Of a stretch of DNA of 56,447 bases, positions 39,785 to 48,691 are shown piece after piece. Each line of letters opens with the position of its first letter. Within the stretch, counting starts at the first letter, position 1. This stretch comes from a virus. Taxonomy: Duplodnaviria > Caudoviricetes. The stretch spans positions 1 through 56,447 of the IMG/VR virus record IMGVR_UViG_3300023181_000034; one strand, 5' to 3'. A program made the position numbers and the translations under genes. The notes below the pieces were generated by a model. The model had not been told where the DNA came from. It was given only the letters and a program-made list of their open reading frames with translations, and made no database searches.

Positions 39785-40258
39785 ATGTGTGAATTAGTTA
39801 AAAAATGTACCAAGTGTGAAGAAGAGATGGCGCTAGATTTATTTGGGGCAGAAAAGAAAGGTAAATATGGAGTTAGGTCTCAGTGCAAAAAATGCCGATT
39901 AAAGTTAAAGCAGGAATGGGAAGCTCAAAATAAAGATAAGTCAAAGGTTTATTGGAAAAAAAGCAGAGATAAGAATAAAGTTAAAAACCTAGAAAAAACC
40001 AACTTAAGAAATAAGAAATGGCAATCTGAAAATAAAGATAAATACACTACGGTAAGTCGTTTATCAAATGTTAAATACTACAAAAACAACAAAGATAAAA
40101 TTAATCATCGGCGAAAAGAATATATAAATAACCTTTTAGATCCTTATATTAAGATTCGACTTAAGCTCTCTAATGTGCCTGTTACGCCCGAATTGATAGA
40201 TGTCAAAAGAAATATCATAATGATTAAAAGGCTTACAAAGAAAGTAAATGGAAAGTAA
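39785..40258 (+). CDS. Zinc-finger basic protein (paralog of next gene)
   Basis: KKCTKC...F...K.GKYG.RS.CK.C; L.D.YIK...VP.TPELI. Confidence 0.7.
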   Translation: MCELVKKCTKCEEEMALDLFGAEKKGKYGVRSQCKKCRLKLKQEWEAQNKDKSKVYWKKSRDKNKVKNLEKTNLRNKKWQSENKDKYTTVSRLSNVKYYKNNKDKINHRRKEYINNLLDPYIKIRLKLSNVPVTPELIDVKRNIIMIKRLTKKVNGK

Positions 40259-40724
40259 GGTTTGTTCTAAATGTGGGATTGATAAACCATTTGATCAATA
40301 TGGCAAGGCTAAGCTTGGTAAGTTTGGATTAAGAGCAATATGTAAAGCTTGTAAATTTATCCAAGATAAAGAGTGGGCTGAAAATAATAGAGATAAAAGA
40401 TCTGATTCAGTTAGAAAGTATGCTAAAGCTAATAAAGTAAAAGTTAAGGCTGCAAAAAAGAAATGGGAAAAATCAAATCCTGAAAAGCATAAAGCTATCA
40501 AAGATAGATGGGCTGAAAAATATCCTGAGGTAAAAAGGGAAGCGGCTAATAAGTATCGTAAAAAAGTAGTTGATAAATTAGAAGAAACTTACATCAAAGA
40601 TAAATTAGTTAGACAGCAAGTGCCAATAACCCCTGAAACAATAGAATTAAAAAAAGATATAATTTCAATTAAAAGACTAATCAAAAAACAAAATGGAAAA
40701 ACCAACACAACTACCTCCAAGTAA
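40248..40724 (+). CDS. Zinc-finger basic protein
   Basis: KVCSKC...K.GKFG.R..CK.C; LEE.YIK...VPITPETI. Confidence 0.7.
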   Translation: MESKVCSKCGIDKPFDQYGKAKLGKFGLRAICKACKFIQDKEWAENNRDKRSDSVRKYAKANKVKVKAAKKKWEKSNPEKHKAIKDRWAEKYPEVKREAANKYRKKVVDKLEETYIKDKLVRQQVPITPETIELKKDIISIKRLIKKQNGKTNTTTSK

Positions 40725-40935
40725 TAACAAAGCTATATTTCACTCATTAGCTAAGATATTCGCTCAAGTAGCAAACGGAGAAATCGACTTAGAATCAGCA
40801 ACTGTATTGATTAATGCGGCTAAGGCTATGCAGAAGTCAATGGAAATTGAGATCAACCTAGCTAAGACTAAACACTTAATAGGACAGACCGACGCTAATG
40901 TCAGAGCTATTGAAATAACTAATCCAGAGGCATAA
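40693..40935 (+). CDS. Hypothetical protein
   Basis: Overlapping helical ORF. Confidence 0.65.
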   Translation: MEKPTQLPPSNNKAIFHSLAKIFAQVANGEIDLESATVLINAAKAMQKSMEIEINLAKTKHLIGQTDANVRAIEITNPEA

Positions 40936-41075
40936 TGGAAACTAGACCATTCTTAAAAATAGGCATTCATGGAGTGCTGAAAGTTTTTTGGTGGAAGTAT
41001 ACAGAAATAGAAAATAGTAATGATTTTCCTTGGTATCAACATAAATTCATAGGAGCAAATTAAAAAAAAAATATA

Positions 41076-41753
41076 ATGAACAAAGGGCAAAAAGAAATCT
41101 TGCAAGAGTGCGAGATAGCAGGTATAACGAAAGATTTGGCTGAATTTAGAGCTTACGATAATCAACTATTTAGTTATGAACTTAGGAAAGAATCTGGTTT
41201 AATTCATGGTTTTGAGTTCTGCGGTGATGTTGAGGTAATGGCTAACATGAGAGTTGAGTCATTGGTAGCATTAGAAGGATTGACTTACTTTAAACATTCG
41301 GTTGTATTGGACGAAAAGTTTATCGGAAGTCAAACGGTTTACTTTGCTGAAGAGCGTATAAACAAACTTAAAGGCCGAATTGAGATGATAACAGCAAATC
41401 AAGCAGATAAGTTAGCTGGATATATAAAGAACCATAATGATGGTTTAGATGAAGCTAGAGAGAACACTGAGGCCTTAAGTAATATGTATAAGCAACTTTC
41501 TGATAATCTAAATAAAATACAGGAAAATACTTTACGTCAGGCTAAAGATTTCAGTAAATCTCCTTTAGTTGATTTGCCAGAATCTAAGAGACGCTTGATT
41601 GAATTAAAACAAATGATTGAATCTGTTAGGCCGGAATACTTAGATGCTAGTAAGTCGAGTGTTTTGCGTAATCTAGAATTAATAAAGATTCATGTTCAGA
41701 AGATTATTGATATGTTGAGTGATACGGGTTTAAGTGAAACGGGGAGAGTATAA
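41076..41753 (+). CDS. Hypothetical coiled-coil protein
   Basis: 225-aa ORF. Confidence 0.65.
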   Translation: MNKGQKEILQECEIAGITKDLAEFRAYDNQLFSYELRKESGLIHGFEFCGDVEVMANMRVESLVALEGLTYFKHSVVLDEKFIGSQTVYFAEERINKLKGRIEMITANQADKLAGYIKNHNDGLDEARENTEALSNMYKQLSDNLNKIQENTLRQAKDFSKSPLVDLPESKRRLIELKQMIESVRPEYLDASKSSVLRNLELIKIHVQKIIDMLSDTGLSETGRV

Positions 41754-41998
41754 TGGAAACAGCGGAAATCTTAGAAGCAATTGGAGATATGTTTTTATTC
41801 AGAACAACAAACCAAATGAGCCGTCGGTTGGAAATTTATTATGGGATACTTGGTTGGTTATTAATAGGAGTTATTATTTGGTCTATTCTTAAAAATAAAG
41901 AACAAAATATTTTAGTAGATATTTTTATTTACATATCTATTGCATCTGTTATACCAATGGTAATTATGGCTTATTATTCATTTAGACCTAAAAAATAA
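41753..41998 (+). CDS. Small membrane protein
   Basis: Two TM segments; TAATG coupling. Confidence 0.6.
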   Translation: METAEILEAIGDMFLFRTTNQMSRRLEIYYGILGWLLIGVIIWSILKNKEQNILVDIFIYISIASVIPMVIMAYYSFRPKK

Positions 41999-42366
41999 TG
42001 AAAACAGCAGAATTTAGAGTTGGGAACCTTTTATTAAAAAATAATGAAGTTGTTACCGTTATGAATATATTTGGGCCAAGCGGTTTAGTGCAATTCAAAG
42101 AGGAACCATTTCAAAGAATACCTTTATTGGTTGCTGATATTCAAGGTATCAAATTAACGGAGGAATGGTTGATTAATTTTGGATATACCTTAATCACTAC
42201 ATCACCTAGTTTTAAAGTATTTCAAGGCCCTAGATACAGTATTTATTTATATAACGACGGTAATATTATTATGAATATGGGTGATTCTCTAAAATATGTC
42301 CACAACTTTCAAAATAGAATTTACAGCTTGACTGGCGAAGAATTGGAGGTGAAAGGTGAAGGATAA
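41998..42366 (+). CDS. Hypothetical protein (paralog of 54473-54943)
   Basis: EFRVGN...I.LTEEWL..FG...VH..QN..Y.LTGEEL. Confidence 0.7.
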   Translation: MKTAEFRVGNLLLKNNEVVTVMNIFGPSGLVQFKEEPFQRIPLLVADIQGIKLTEEWLINFGYTLITTSPSFKVFQGPRYSIYLYNDGNIIMNMGDSLKYVHNFQNRIYSLTGEELEVKGEG

Positions 42367-42643
42367 AACAAAAATACCGACAGTAGAAAACCCTATACCT
42401 TATAAGTTCCCATTAAGAGTAGGGAGAAAACAAGGTAGAGCATTGTTGGATGCTGATGGTATTGAGGTAGTTGTTTTTCCTAAAGGCGCAGAATTAATGG
42501 CTAAAATAACTTGCGATCTTTGGAATAATGCTCATGCTAGTATTATAGATAAATACGCTTCTTTAATTTCTAAAATTGATAAAAATGAAGTAGATCCTGA
42601 AATAAAGGAAGTTATCAATAAGAAATTTTGGGATATGCTTTAA
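42356..42643 (+). CDS. Hypothetical protein (paralog of 14491-14892 soluble domain)
   Basis: YKFPLRVGRKQGRALLDADG...ITCDLWN. Confidence 0.7.
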   Translation: MKDKTKIPTVENPIPYKFPLRVGRKQGRALLDADGIEVVVFPKGAELMAKITCDLWNNAHASIIDKYASLISKIDKNEVDPEIKEVINKKFWDML

Positions 42644-42661
42644 GTAGATTAACTTTGTGAT

Positions 42662-43012
42662 GCTTAATAAATTATCTGTCATTTAAAACAAAAACATCCT
42701 GCTTGAATGCAGACAGTAACGGAATTCCCTTTATAGTTAGTGTTAAAGTAACCATGGGAGAGCAAGGTTGCCTGTTACAAGATATATCCAATATCTGTTG
42801 TCTGAGGTAGAGTTACATGCAAGAGTAGCAGTGAAAGACTGAAAATCTTTAGCCCTATGATGAAGAGATACTTATATTTCTGAAAAGAATAAGTAGAGGT
42901 AGAGTGTAATCCATTGGAAATTGGACAGAATGTTTTTAAAAGTCTACACGTTTGGCTAGGCGTTGGGATAAATAACCAAGCTAAGCCTACTCTTCATCGG
43001 GTAGGCTTTTTT
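42662..43012 (+). ncRNA. Unidentified structured ncRNA (core ~42690-42937)
   Basis: TAACTTTG promoter at 42650; no ORF of 60 aa or more; nested helices closed by AAAAACATCCTG/CAGAATGTTTTT; terminator at 42983-43012. Confidence 0.7.
42983..43012 (+). terminator. Intrinsic terminator
   Basis: AAGCCTACTC-TTCATC-GGGTAGGCTT-TTTT. Confidence 0.85.
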
Positions 43013-43040
43013 ATTTAAAACGTATTCGCCATATTTGAAT

Positions 43041-43313
43041 ATGTATAGTTATGATGACGAATTGGAAAGAGTTCAGAAAAAGATTGATGCTCTAAAAAAA
43101 GAGTACGAAAGATTAAATATGGATTTGCAAAAGGATGTTATGTCTTTACAGGATATATGCGAATACCTTTCTTTTACCCCATCACAAATTGCAGAATTGG
43201 TAAATAACGAACACATAAACGAGTATGATTTCAGAGATCAAAAAATCTACAGTAAGTTTGAAATAGATTTTTATATAGATATTAATTACTATAAAAAACC
43301 AACTCCAAAGTAA
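43041..43313 (+). CDS. Coiled-coil + MerR/Xis-like HTH protein
   Basis: VMSLQDICEYLSFT...IYSKFEID; convergent with integrase. Confidence 0.55.
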   Translation: MYSYDDELERVQKKIDALKKEYERLNMDLQKDVMSLQDICEYLSFTPSQIAELVNNEHINEYDFRDQKIYSKFEIDFYIDINYYKKPTPK

Positions 43314-44501
43314 TCACCCAAATATATCATCAGCTGCAGCATCCAATACATCATCCTTCCTCAGGTCGTTTAGGTATGCTTGATGTACAGCAAGCGAACT
43401 ATGCCCAAGCAACTCCATAGTGATCATTGGATTGTTAATCTTATCAATTGCCATACGCGCAAACGTGTGCCGGGCAATGTGGGAGGTAAGAGGTTTTGTT
43501 ATTCCGGCCATGATGGCAACTTGACGCAGATATTTGTTGACAACCGAAGTACAGTTTTCCTTCATCTTGATGCGGGCACGTTCATTTTGGAATGCGGTTA
43601 GTGACTTCATAGGGGCCCACTTGAATAACGAGAATAGCCTTTGGTGACGACGAGCCGCCCACTTATCAACTATCGCCACGGCACTAGGTATGAGCTTTAC
43701 ACTTTCCTCACGCCCTGTTTTATCAGCCTTATAGTAAAACCTACCATCTTTAAATTGAGCGGCACGAGCTTGTAGAACGTCTCCAACACGAATACCGCGT
43801 AAATATACTTGCATTAGAAATATATCCCTTGTAGCTTCAATGTTTGTGTTTTCTTCTAGTTCCAGGTTCTCTATCGCTTCCAATTCTGCCGCTGTCAACT
43901 TCTGCTTTACCGTTCGCGTAGTGGTAATGGTCACGGCTTTCACCTCCCTAGTAACTCCTTTGCTGGAATAGCGCAGTATAACGCCCCTCAACAACTTTAT
44001 CTTTTTCTTAATGGTATTATTGGAATTACCCACCCGAACGCCCCCAAGCATTTTAATAAACTTACCAAACCATTTCTCATCTATGTCCTCGATTGGGATA
44101 TCGCCATCTGTTATTTGCTTCCTAATGGCGCAAATCTTATCATAATACCCTGACTTAAATTCTTTCTCCAGCCTGATTAGCTCTTGATCGAATGCGTCAT
44201 CTAGCGTCATCACGTTCCCGCGCGTTCCCAGTACAGCGCCCGCACCAATCTTACCCTGATTGAAGTCAAAAACAGCTTGTTCAGCCTTTGCGTATTCTGC
44301 AGCAATAGTTGCGTTGATCTTTGCTGAATCACCCGCCCGTGGCCTAACTCTTAACTTGCGTACATCCCAATCTGACTCCAAGCAGGATCCCAACACACGC
44401 TTGCTCCTTTTGCCGTTTATGGTGTGCATCAAAACTATTGGATATGTGCCATTAGAGTACTGTTTAGACGTATATAAGTGGAGCCTTATCGATGCTTTCA
44501 T
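43314..44501 (-). CDS. int: Tyrosine integrase
   Basis: Likely start MKASIRL; arm-binding N-terminus; catalytic R (GIRVGD), K (KADKTG), HIARH, LGHSS, Y. Confidence 0.92.
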   Translation of the reverse strand: MKASIRLHLYTSKQYSNGTYPIVLMHTINGKRSKRVLGSCLESDWDVRKLRVRPRAGDSAKINATIAAEYAKAEQAVFDFNQGKIGAGAVLGTRGNVMTLDDAFDQELIRLEKEFKSGYYDKICAIRKQITDGDIPIEDIDEKWFGKFIKMLGGVRVGNSNNTIKKKIKLLRGVILRYSSKGVTREVKAVTITTTRTVKQKLTAAELEAIENLELEENTNIEATRDIFLMQVYLRGIRVGDVLQARAAQFKDGRFYYKADKTGREESVKLIPSAVAIVDKWAARRHQRLFSLFKWAPMKSLTAFQNERARIKMKENCTSVVNKYLRQVAIMAGITKPLTSHIARHTFARMAIDKINNPMITMELLGHSSLAVHQAYLNDLRKDDVLDAAADDIFG

Positions 44502-44560
44502 GGTGTGCTTGCTTATTTTGTGGACGGTGTGTTCTTGGTGTGCATAAATATAGAAATATA

Positions 44561-44700
44561 TACCACTAAATACCACTAAAAGAATGCGAGAATATGCCTT
44601 TAAATGATAAAGACTAGCAATCTTTGGTAGATGCTAGTCTAATCGGTGGAGCCGAAGGAACTAATTGTAATTTTTGTAACTAGCAATATACCAATCAATT
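44561..44700 (-). other. Candidate attP (t(m)RNA 3'-end core, hairpin, arm repeats)
   Basis: Minus strand TTCCTTCGGCTCCACC (44645-44660); hairpin AGACTAGCA/TGCTAGTCT (44611-44640); TACCACTAAA x2 (44561-44580) next to int. Confidence 0.6.
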
Positions 44701-44729
44701 ACCTGCCATCCTCACATAAGCGGTGTGCT

Positions 44730-45176
44730 CTAGGTGTGCTTTTTTGGATTTTCCAGCTTATAAATCCGTTCTTCCATCTTCTCCATTTTCGCATCCATCA
44801 TGCTCATCACTTTAGAATAATGGTTGATGTTTGCGTGTAATATTTTGATGGTCTTAAGCAAGTGATTTATATCTGTATGCGCTGCCTGTAGCGAGTTCTT
44901 AGCGGTTTTCTTCTCTTCTATATTACTTTGAGGATCGCCTTCGTCTGCAAGCAGCCAATCGCTATTAAGGTTGTAATCCTTAATCATTCTATCAATCATA
45001 TCAAAAGTAATCGGCCTCTTGCCTTTTTCGATAAATGAAATTAGTGCCTGATGAACACCAAGCTTTGTCGCGGCCTCCGCCTGAGTCTTAGCTATAAACT
45101 TCTTTCTGAAGTAACTAAACCGCTTCGCCTTATCTAAACTGTATTTTGCATTTTTATCGAGTCCTGTTATTCTCAT
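44730..45176 (-). CDS. XRE-family HTH regulator with C-terminal coiled coil
   Basis: TQAEAATKLGVHQALISFIEKGKR...LNSDWLL; likely start MRITG. Confidence 0.85.
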   Translation of the reverse strand: MRITGLDKNAKYSLDKAKRFSYFRKKFIAKTQAEAATKLGVHQALISFIEKGKRPITFDMIDRMIKDYNLNSDWLLADEGDPQSNIEEKKTAKNSLQAAHTDINHLLKTIKILHANINHYSKVMSMMDAKMEKMEERIYKLENPKKHT

Positions 45177-45178
45177 TG

Positions 45179-45625
45179 TTATTGTGTGAAAGTAAATCTG
45201 AAGTGTACGCCAGAATACTGTAGTCCAGTAAAATAGCAATCAGTATGGTAAAAATAATTATCTGCTTCTTGTTCGCTCGTAAAGTGAACACCGTCATAAA
45301 TTGCCTGATCTAGTATAAGGTCAATTTGTTTTGATTGCTTGTAACATCTTGCTCCTGATTTATTTAAAATTTTAAAATATATTGCTTGCCATGTTGGCTT
45401 TCCGTTCTCAAATTCCATTCTTGCCGAATAACGGACACTATCTGATTTATCAAATTCATTTACAAACCCCGCCAAGAAACCGCGCTTGGGCCAAAGGCTG
45501 GTGTCGTATAAGTGAGAGTCGTGTAATAAGTGCATCGCAGCGGAGCACACCCGTGCTATCATCGGTAACTTACGTTCCGTGTCAGCTTTTTTCTGCGCTA
45601 ATATTATCTGTCTTGGGGTGGGCAT
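45179..45625 (-). CDS. Hypothetical protein of the immunity operon
   Basis: Between two XRE genes on the same strand. Confidence 0.6.
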   Translation of the reverse strand: MPTPRQIILAQKKADTERKLPMIARVCSAAMHLLHDSHLYDTSLWPKRGFLAGFVNEFDKSDSVRYSARMEFENGKPTWQAIYFKILNKSGARCYKQSKQIDLILDQAIYDGVHFTSEQEADNYFYHTDCYFTGLQYSGVHFRFTFTQ

Positions 45626-45655
45626 ATTAAAACAATAGGGATGATTATTTTAGGC

Positions 45656-46417
45656 TTACAAAGAATTTAAACGTGGCGCTGGTGTCCATCCCTTAATTAA
45701 GTACAACTCTACTACCTGATCGTAATCGATTTCAAAGTCGGGAGCAGTTTTAGATTGGGCTGACTTCAATAGAAAGGGCTTCTTCTTTCCCGGGTAAAGG
45801 TATCGCTCTAAGATGTAATGGTTCATTACAATCACATAGCATTTGCCAGGAACTATCATTTTCTCGTAATCCTCTTTCGGGATCTTCTTAACTCCTATGA
45901 ATGAGTTTTCATCAAAGAAACCTGTCATTGCCGGGTCGCTATGTCTAATCACTAAATCACATCCCTGAAACGCTCCATTTAGAAGCAGGATGTCGGGTAC
46001 TTTTGAGCTGTTAATTAATCCAGCAACACTTCCTGTCGTCAGGTGAACATTGTAGACAGAGGTAACATCGATCTGCTCGTCGATATCCCTGTCCTTGTTA
46101 ATGATCCTTGAGAGTTCTTCCATAATTTTGTTTGGTTTATCATATTGTTTATGCTGCGATTTCGTGGTGGGTAGTGGGCTATTAAGGAATATATCTCCTT
46201 TGCCTTCTGTGATGAATTGTTTACTGATATTGAATTTCTCTTGAAGTTTAATCAAGATCGATAATGTTGGAAGGCGTTTGGTCTCAGCCTCATTTTCTAT
46301 TTTACTAATTGCCGACTTGTCTACATCGATGGCATTTGCCAACTCTACTTGACTTAATTTTAAAGCATTTCTCACTTTAATGAATCTAATTTTCTGAGGG
46401 TTTTCGGCAATTGTCAT
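45656..46417 (-). CDS. CI-like repressor (XRE HTH + S24-like C-terminal domain)
   Basis: LSQVELANAIDVDKSAISKIE; C-terminal S24-like pattern with degenerate catalytic residues; divergent from the early operon. Confidence 0.8.
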   Translation of the reverse strand: MTIAENPQKIRFIKVRNALKLSQVELANAIDVDKSAISKIENEAETKRLPTLSILIKLQEKFNISKQFITEGKGDIFLNSPLPTTKSQHKQYDKPNKIMEELSRIINKDRDIDEQIDVTSVYNVHLTTGSVAGLINSSKVPDILLLNGAFQGCDLVIRHSDPAMTGFFDENSFIGVKKIPKEDYEKMIVPGKCYVIVMNHYILERYLYPGKKKPFLLKSAQSKTAPDFEIDYDQVVELYLIKGWTPAPRLNSL

Positions 46418-46461
46418 TATAATATTAAATTATTCTATCTGTCTATCAAGTAGTTATGTAA

Positions 46462-46519
46462 TAAAAGTAGACAAATGTCACTTATCTATTGTTGGTGGTG
46501 ACAAATGTCTTTATATTTG
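46462..46519. promoter_or_regulatory. Lysis/lysogeny switch: two GACAAATGTC operators and divergent promoters
   Basis: GACAAATGTC at 46470 and 46500; TATATTTG (+) at 46512; TACTTTTA (-) at 46469-46462. Confidence 0.7.
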
Positions 46520-46584
46520 TATTAGATAACAGAAACAAAGGTAATTATAATCATTTAAAACACATATCCCAAATCCCTACTACA

Positions 46585-46824
46585 ATGAACCCTCTAACAA
46601 ACATCTACGGCGTACCAACATTTGACTTTGAGGTTGGTGCCCTCACTACAAGAGAAATTGAAGTGATGCAAAGGACGTTACTTCCCGACAGAAACATTGC
46701 TATTGATCTTCAGATCAGCTATCACACTGTAATGTCGCATTTGAAAAACATTAGAAATAAAACCGGAATGCACAATAAGGAGCATATGGTCTATTTCGCA
46801 TTAAAGAAAGGATTAATCAACTAA
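46585..46824 (+). CDS. LuxR/GerE-type HTH protein
   Basis: LTTREIEV...IA..LQISYHTV.SHLKNIR.K.G.......AL..GL. Confidence 0.85.
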   Translation: MNPLTNIYGVPTFDFEVGALTTREIEVMQRTLLPDRNIAIDLQISYHTVMSHLKNIRNKTGMHNKEHMVYFALKKGLIN

Positions 46825-47036
46825 TGAGTGAACAATTTGCAAAACCCGTAGCCGGGGTATCAATAGCACAGTTGCTAAGAGATATAAAAGAAGGAGAAAT
46901 CAGACCATTTGAAAAGAAGTACACGAATTACCTCAGATCAAAGTCAAGCCAATTAAGGCATGAGTTTCCGGATCGGACTTACAGTGTTACCGAGCTTGAA
47001 AGTAAAACGCAAGTATCCTGGAAGTCAAAAGACTGA
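46824..47036 (+). CDS. Hypothetical small DNA-binding-like protein
   Basis: TAATG-coupled ORF. Confidence 0.6.
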   Translation: MSEQFAKPVAGVSIAQLLRDIKEGEIRPFEKKYTNYLRSKSSQLRHEFPDRTYSVTELESKTQVSWKSKD

Positions 47037-47233
47037 ATCAATTAATAAGCCTCTGCCCGTCGGCAAACAAAACAGAGGCCATTTAACCACACCAAAACAA
47101 GTACAGTTATGTCAAAGTTAGAAAAATCATTAGTAATCCACAGGATCATCAGTTCTAAGAAAGCTGGATTGGTTAGTGCTGAACAGTTCAAGTTGAATGC
47201 GCTTCGTTTGCGCACGGATAGGAGGGCAGCGTC

Positions 47234-47500
47234 ATGTTAACTAACACCACCTGCAACGATATCAACATTGAGGCCGTTGAACAGTACATCTGCAGGGTAC
47301 AATCATTAACTGCACTATTACGTAAGTCTCAAGACCGCGCCCGTGAGCAGGCATGCTTACCATACTTTGGAATATTCGGTACGGATGCTGAAATGCACCA
47401 GGTAGTTGAAAGGCAGAATGCAGTCACTAGTAGGATCGCTGGTTACCTACTAGCTACGATCAGAAAGGAGTTGGGAAACGTGGGAGGGAATGGAATATGA
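47234..47500 (+). CDS. Hypothetical protein
   Basis: ORF in early operon. Confidence 0.6.
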   Translation: MLTNTTCNDINIEAVEQYICRVQSLTALLRKSQDRAREQACLPYFGIFGTDAEMHQVVERQNAVTSRIAGYLLATIRKELGNVGGNGI

Positions 47501-47651
47501 TTGTTAAAGAAAAATGCCAAATTTTTAAATTAGGAATTAGCCACTTGGGTAACAAAGCTAATAAGAAATGCAAAAGCATTGCGATGCATGAATTAAATGG
47601 TAAAAAAATGTGCGTTAACTGCTACACTAACGCATTAGGAGGGTCTTCGAA

Positions 47652-48044
47652 ATGAAATTAGAATTAAAACACCTAGCACCATACTTACCTTATGGTTTAG
47701 TATTTAACTTGACAAGATCACACAATCCGTTTACATGCATTGGTTTGACTGTTCATGAAGACGGAATAATGGCTCATCGTAAAGGCGGATCATCAAACGT
47801 ATCACTTGATAAGTATTACAAGCCAGTATTGAGACCAATGTCGGATTTAACAAACGAAATGGCTCATAAAAGCGGATACAAGAATGCTAACGCTTTAAAA
47901 TTGATGGTGATATCTCATAAAATCCCATATATAGGTATGGATAATTTATTCACTCACCACTTCGATGTATTCGGGCTAATTCACGCAGGATTGGCTATTG
48001 ACATCAACACCCAACCATTATCATTAGGAGGGCTGTTATCATGA
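47652..48044 (+). CDS. Hypothetical protein (LAPYLPY family)
   Basis: Paralog of 15905-16465. Confidence 0.7.
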   Translation: MKLELKHLAPYLPYGLVFNLTRSHNPFTCIGLTVHEDGIMAHRKGGSSNVSLDKYYKPVLRPMSDLTNEMAHKSGYKNANALKLMVISHKIPYIGMDNLFTHHFDVFGLIHAGLAIDINTQPLSLGGLLS

Positions 48045-48337
48045 ACGGAGTAACGATTATAGAAACTGACAAGCTTAATGCAATAATAGCAAACATGGAG
48101 CGAATGGTAGCCTACGTACGTGATGCTGCTCAGGAAACTAAGCTAGGTAAGAAAGCCTACTTATCCCTTTCAGAAACCGCAGAATTTACGGGGTACTCAG
48201 TAAAATGGGTTCGTAACAATAAAGATGAAATCGGTTGCAGCAAAGTTGGAGGCGATTACCGCTTCAAACGCACAGATGTGATTGAATTCATGGAACAGAA
48301 TTATTTCAAAGCACAAAACAGAAGGAGAGCATCATGA
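48041..48337 (+). CDS. Excisionase-like HTH protein
   Basis: YLSLSETAEFTGYS...KVGG.YRF.R.DV.EF. Confidence 0.75.
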   Translation: MNGVTIIETDKLNAIIANMERMVAYVRDAAQETKLGKKAYLSLSETAEFTGYSVKWVRNNKDEIGCSKVGGDYRFKRTDVIEFMEQNYFKAQNRRRAS

Positions 48338-48645
48338 AAAGTATTGCTGATTACCTAGCTATGATAGCTAAAGAGACTGAGGTTCTATTTACGGAACTAT
48401 ACGCAAGCGTGGGACGCATTGCTAAGCGGATGTTGGCTAAGTGCAAGAAGGAAACGTTTCCAACCGTCAGGGAGCCAAGTAGCGCCAAACCACAAGGCAT
48501 GCGAAGCACATATTACCCGCCAAACTACGGTGATATCCATTTCTACAGACAACATCAGATGTTAAATAGGGTACTGGAAGAGATAGCGATGGAAAAGGTG
48601 CACTACGAGGCACTAGAAATATTATCAGGTAAAGAAACTAATTGA
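48334..48645 (+). CDS. Hypothetical protein
   Basis: ATGA-coupled ORF. Confidence 0.6.
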   Translation: MKSIADYLAMIAKETEVLFTELYASVGRIAKRMLAKCKKETFPTVREPSSAKPQGMRSTYYPPNYGDIHFYRQHQMLNRVLEEIAMEKVHYEALEILSGKETN

Positions 48646-48691
48646 TTACACACACCCTGACCGAAAGCGAGGGGGTAAAAATATAAAGATT

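Noticed and set aside
23747-43012. Shared (A)ATC-type loops in several terminators as an antiterminator site
   Set aside because: Too short and variable to distinguish from ordinary terminator loop preference without statistics
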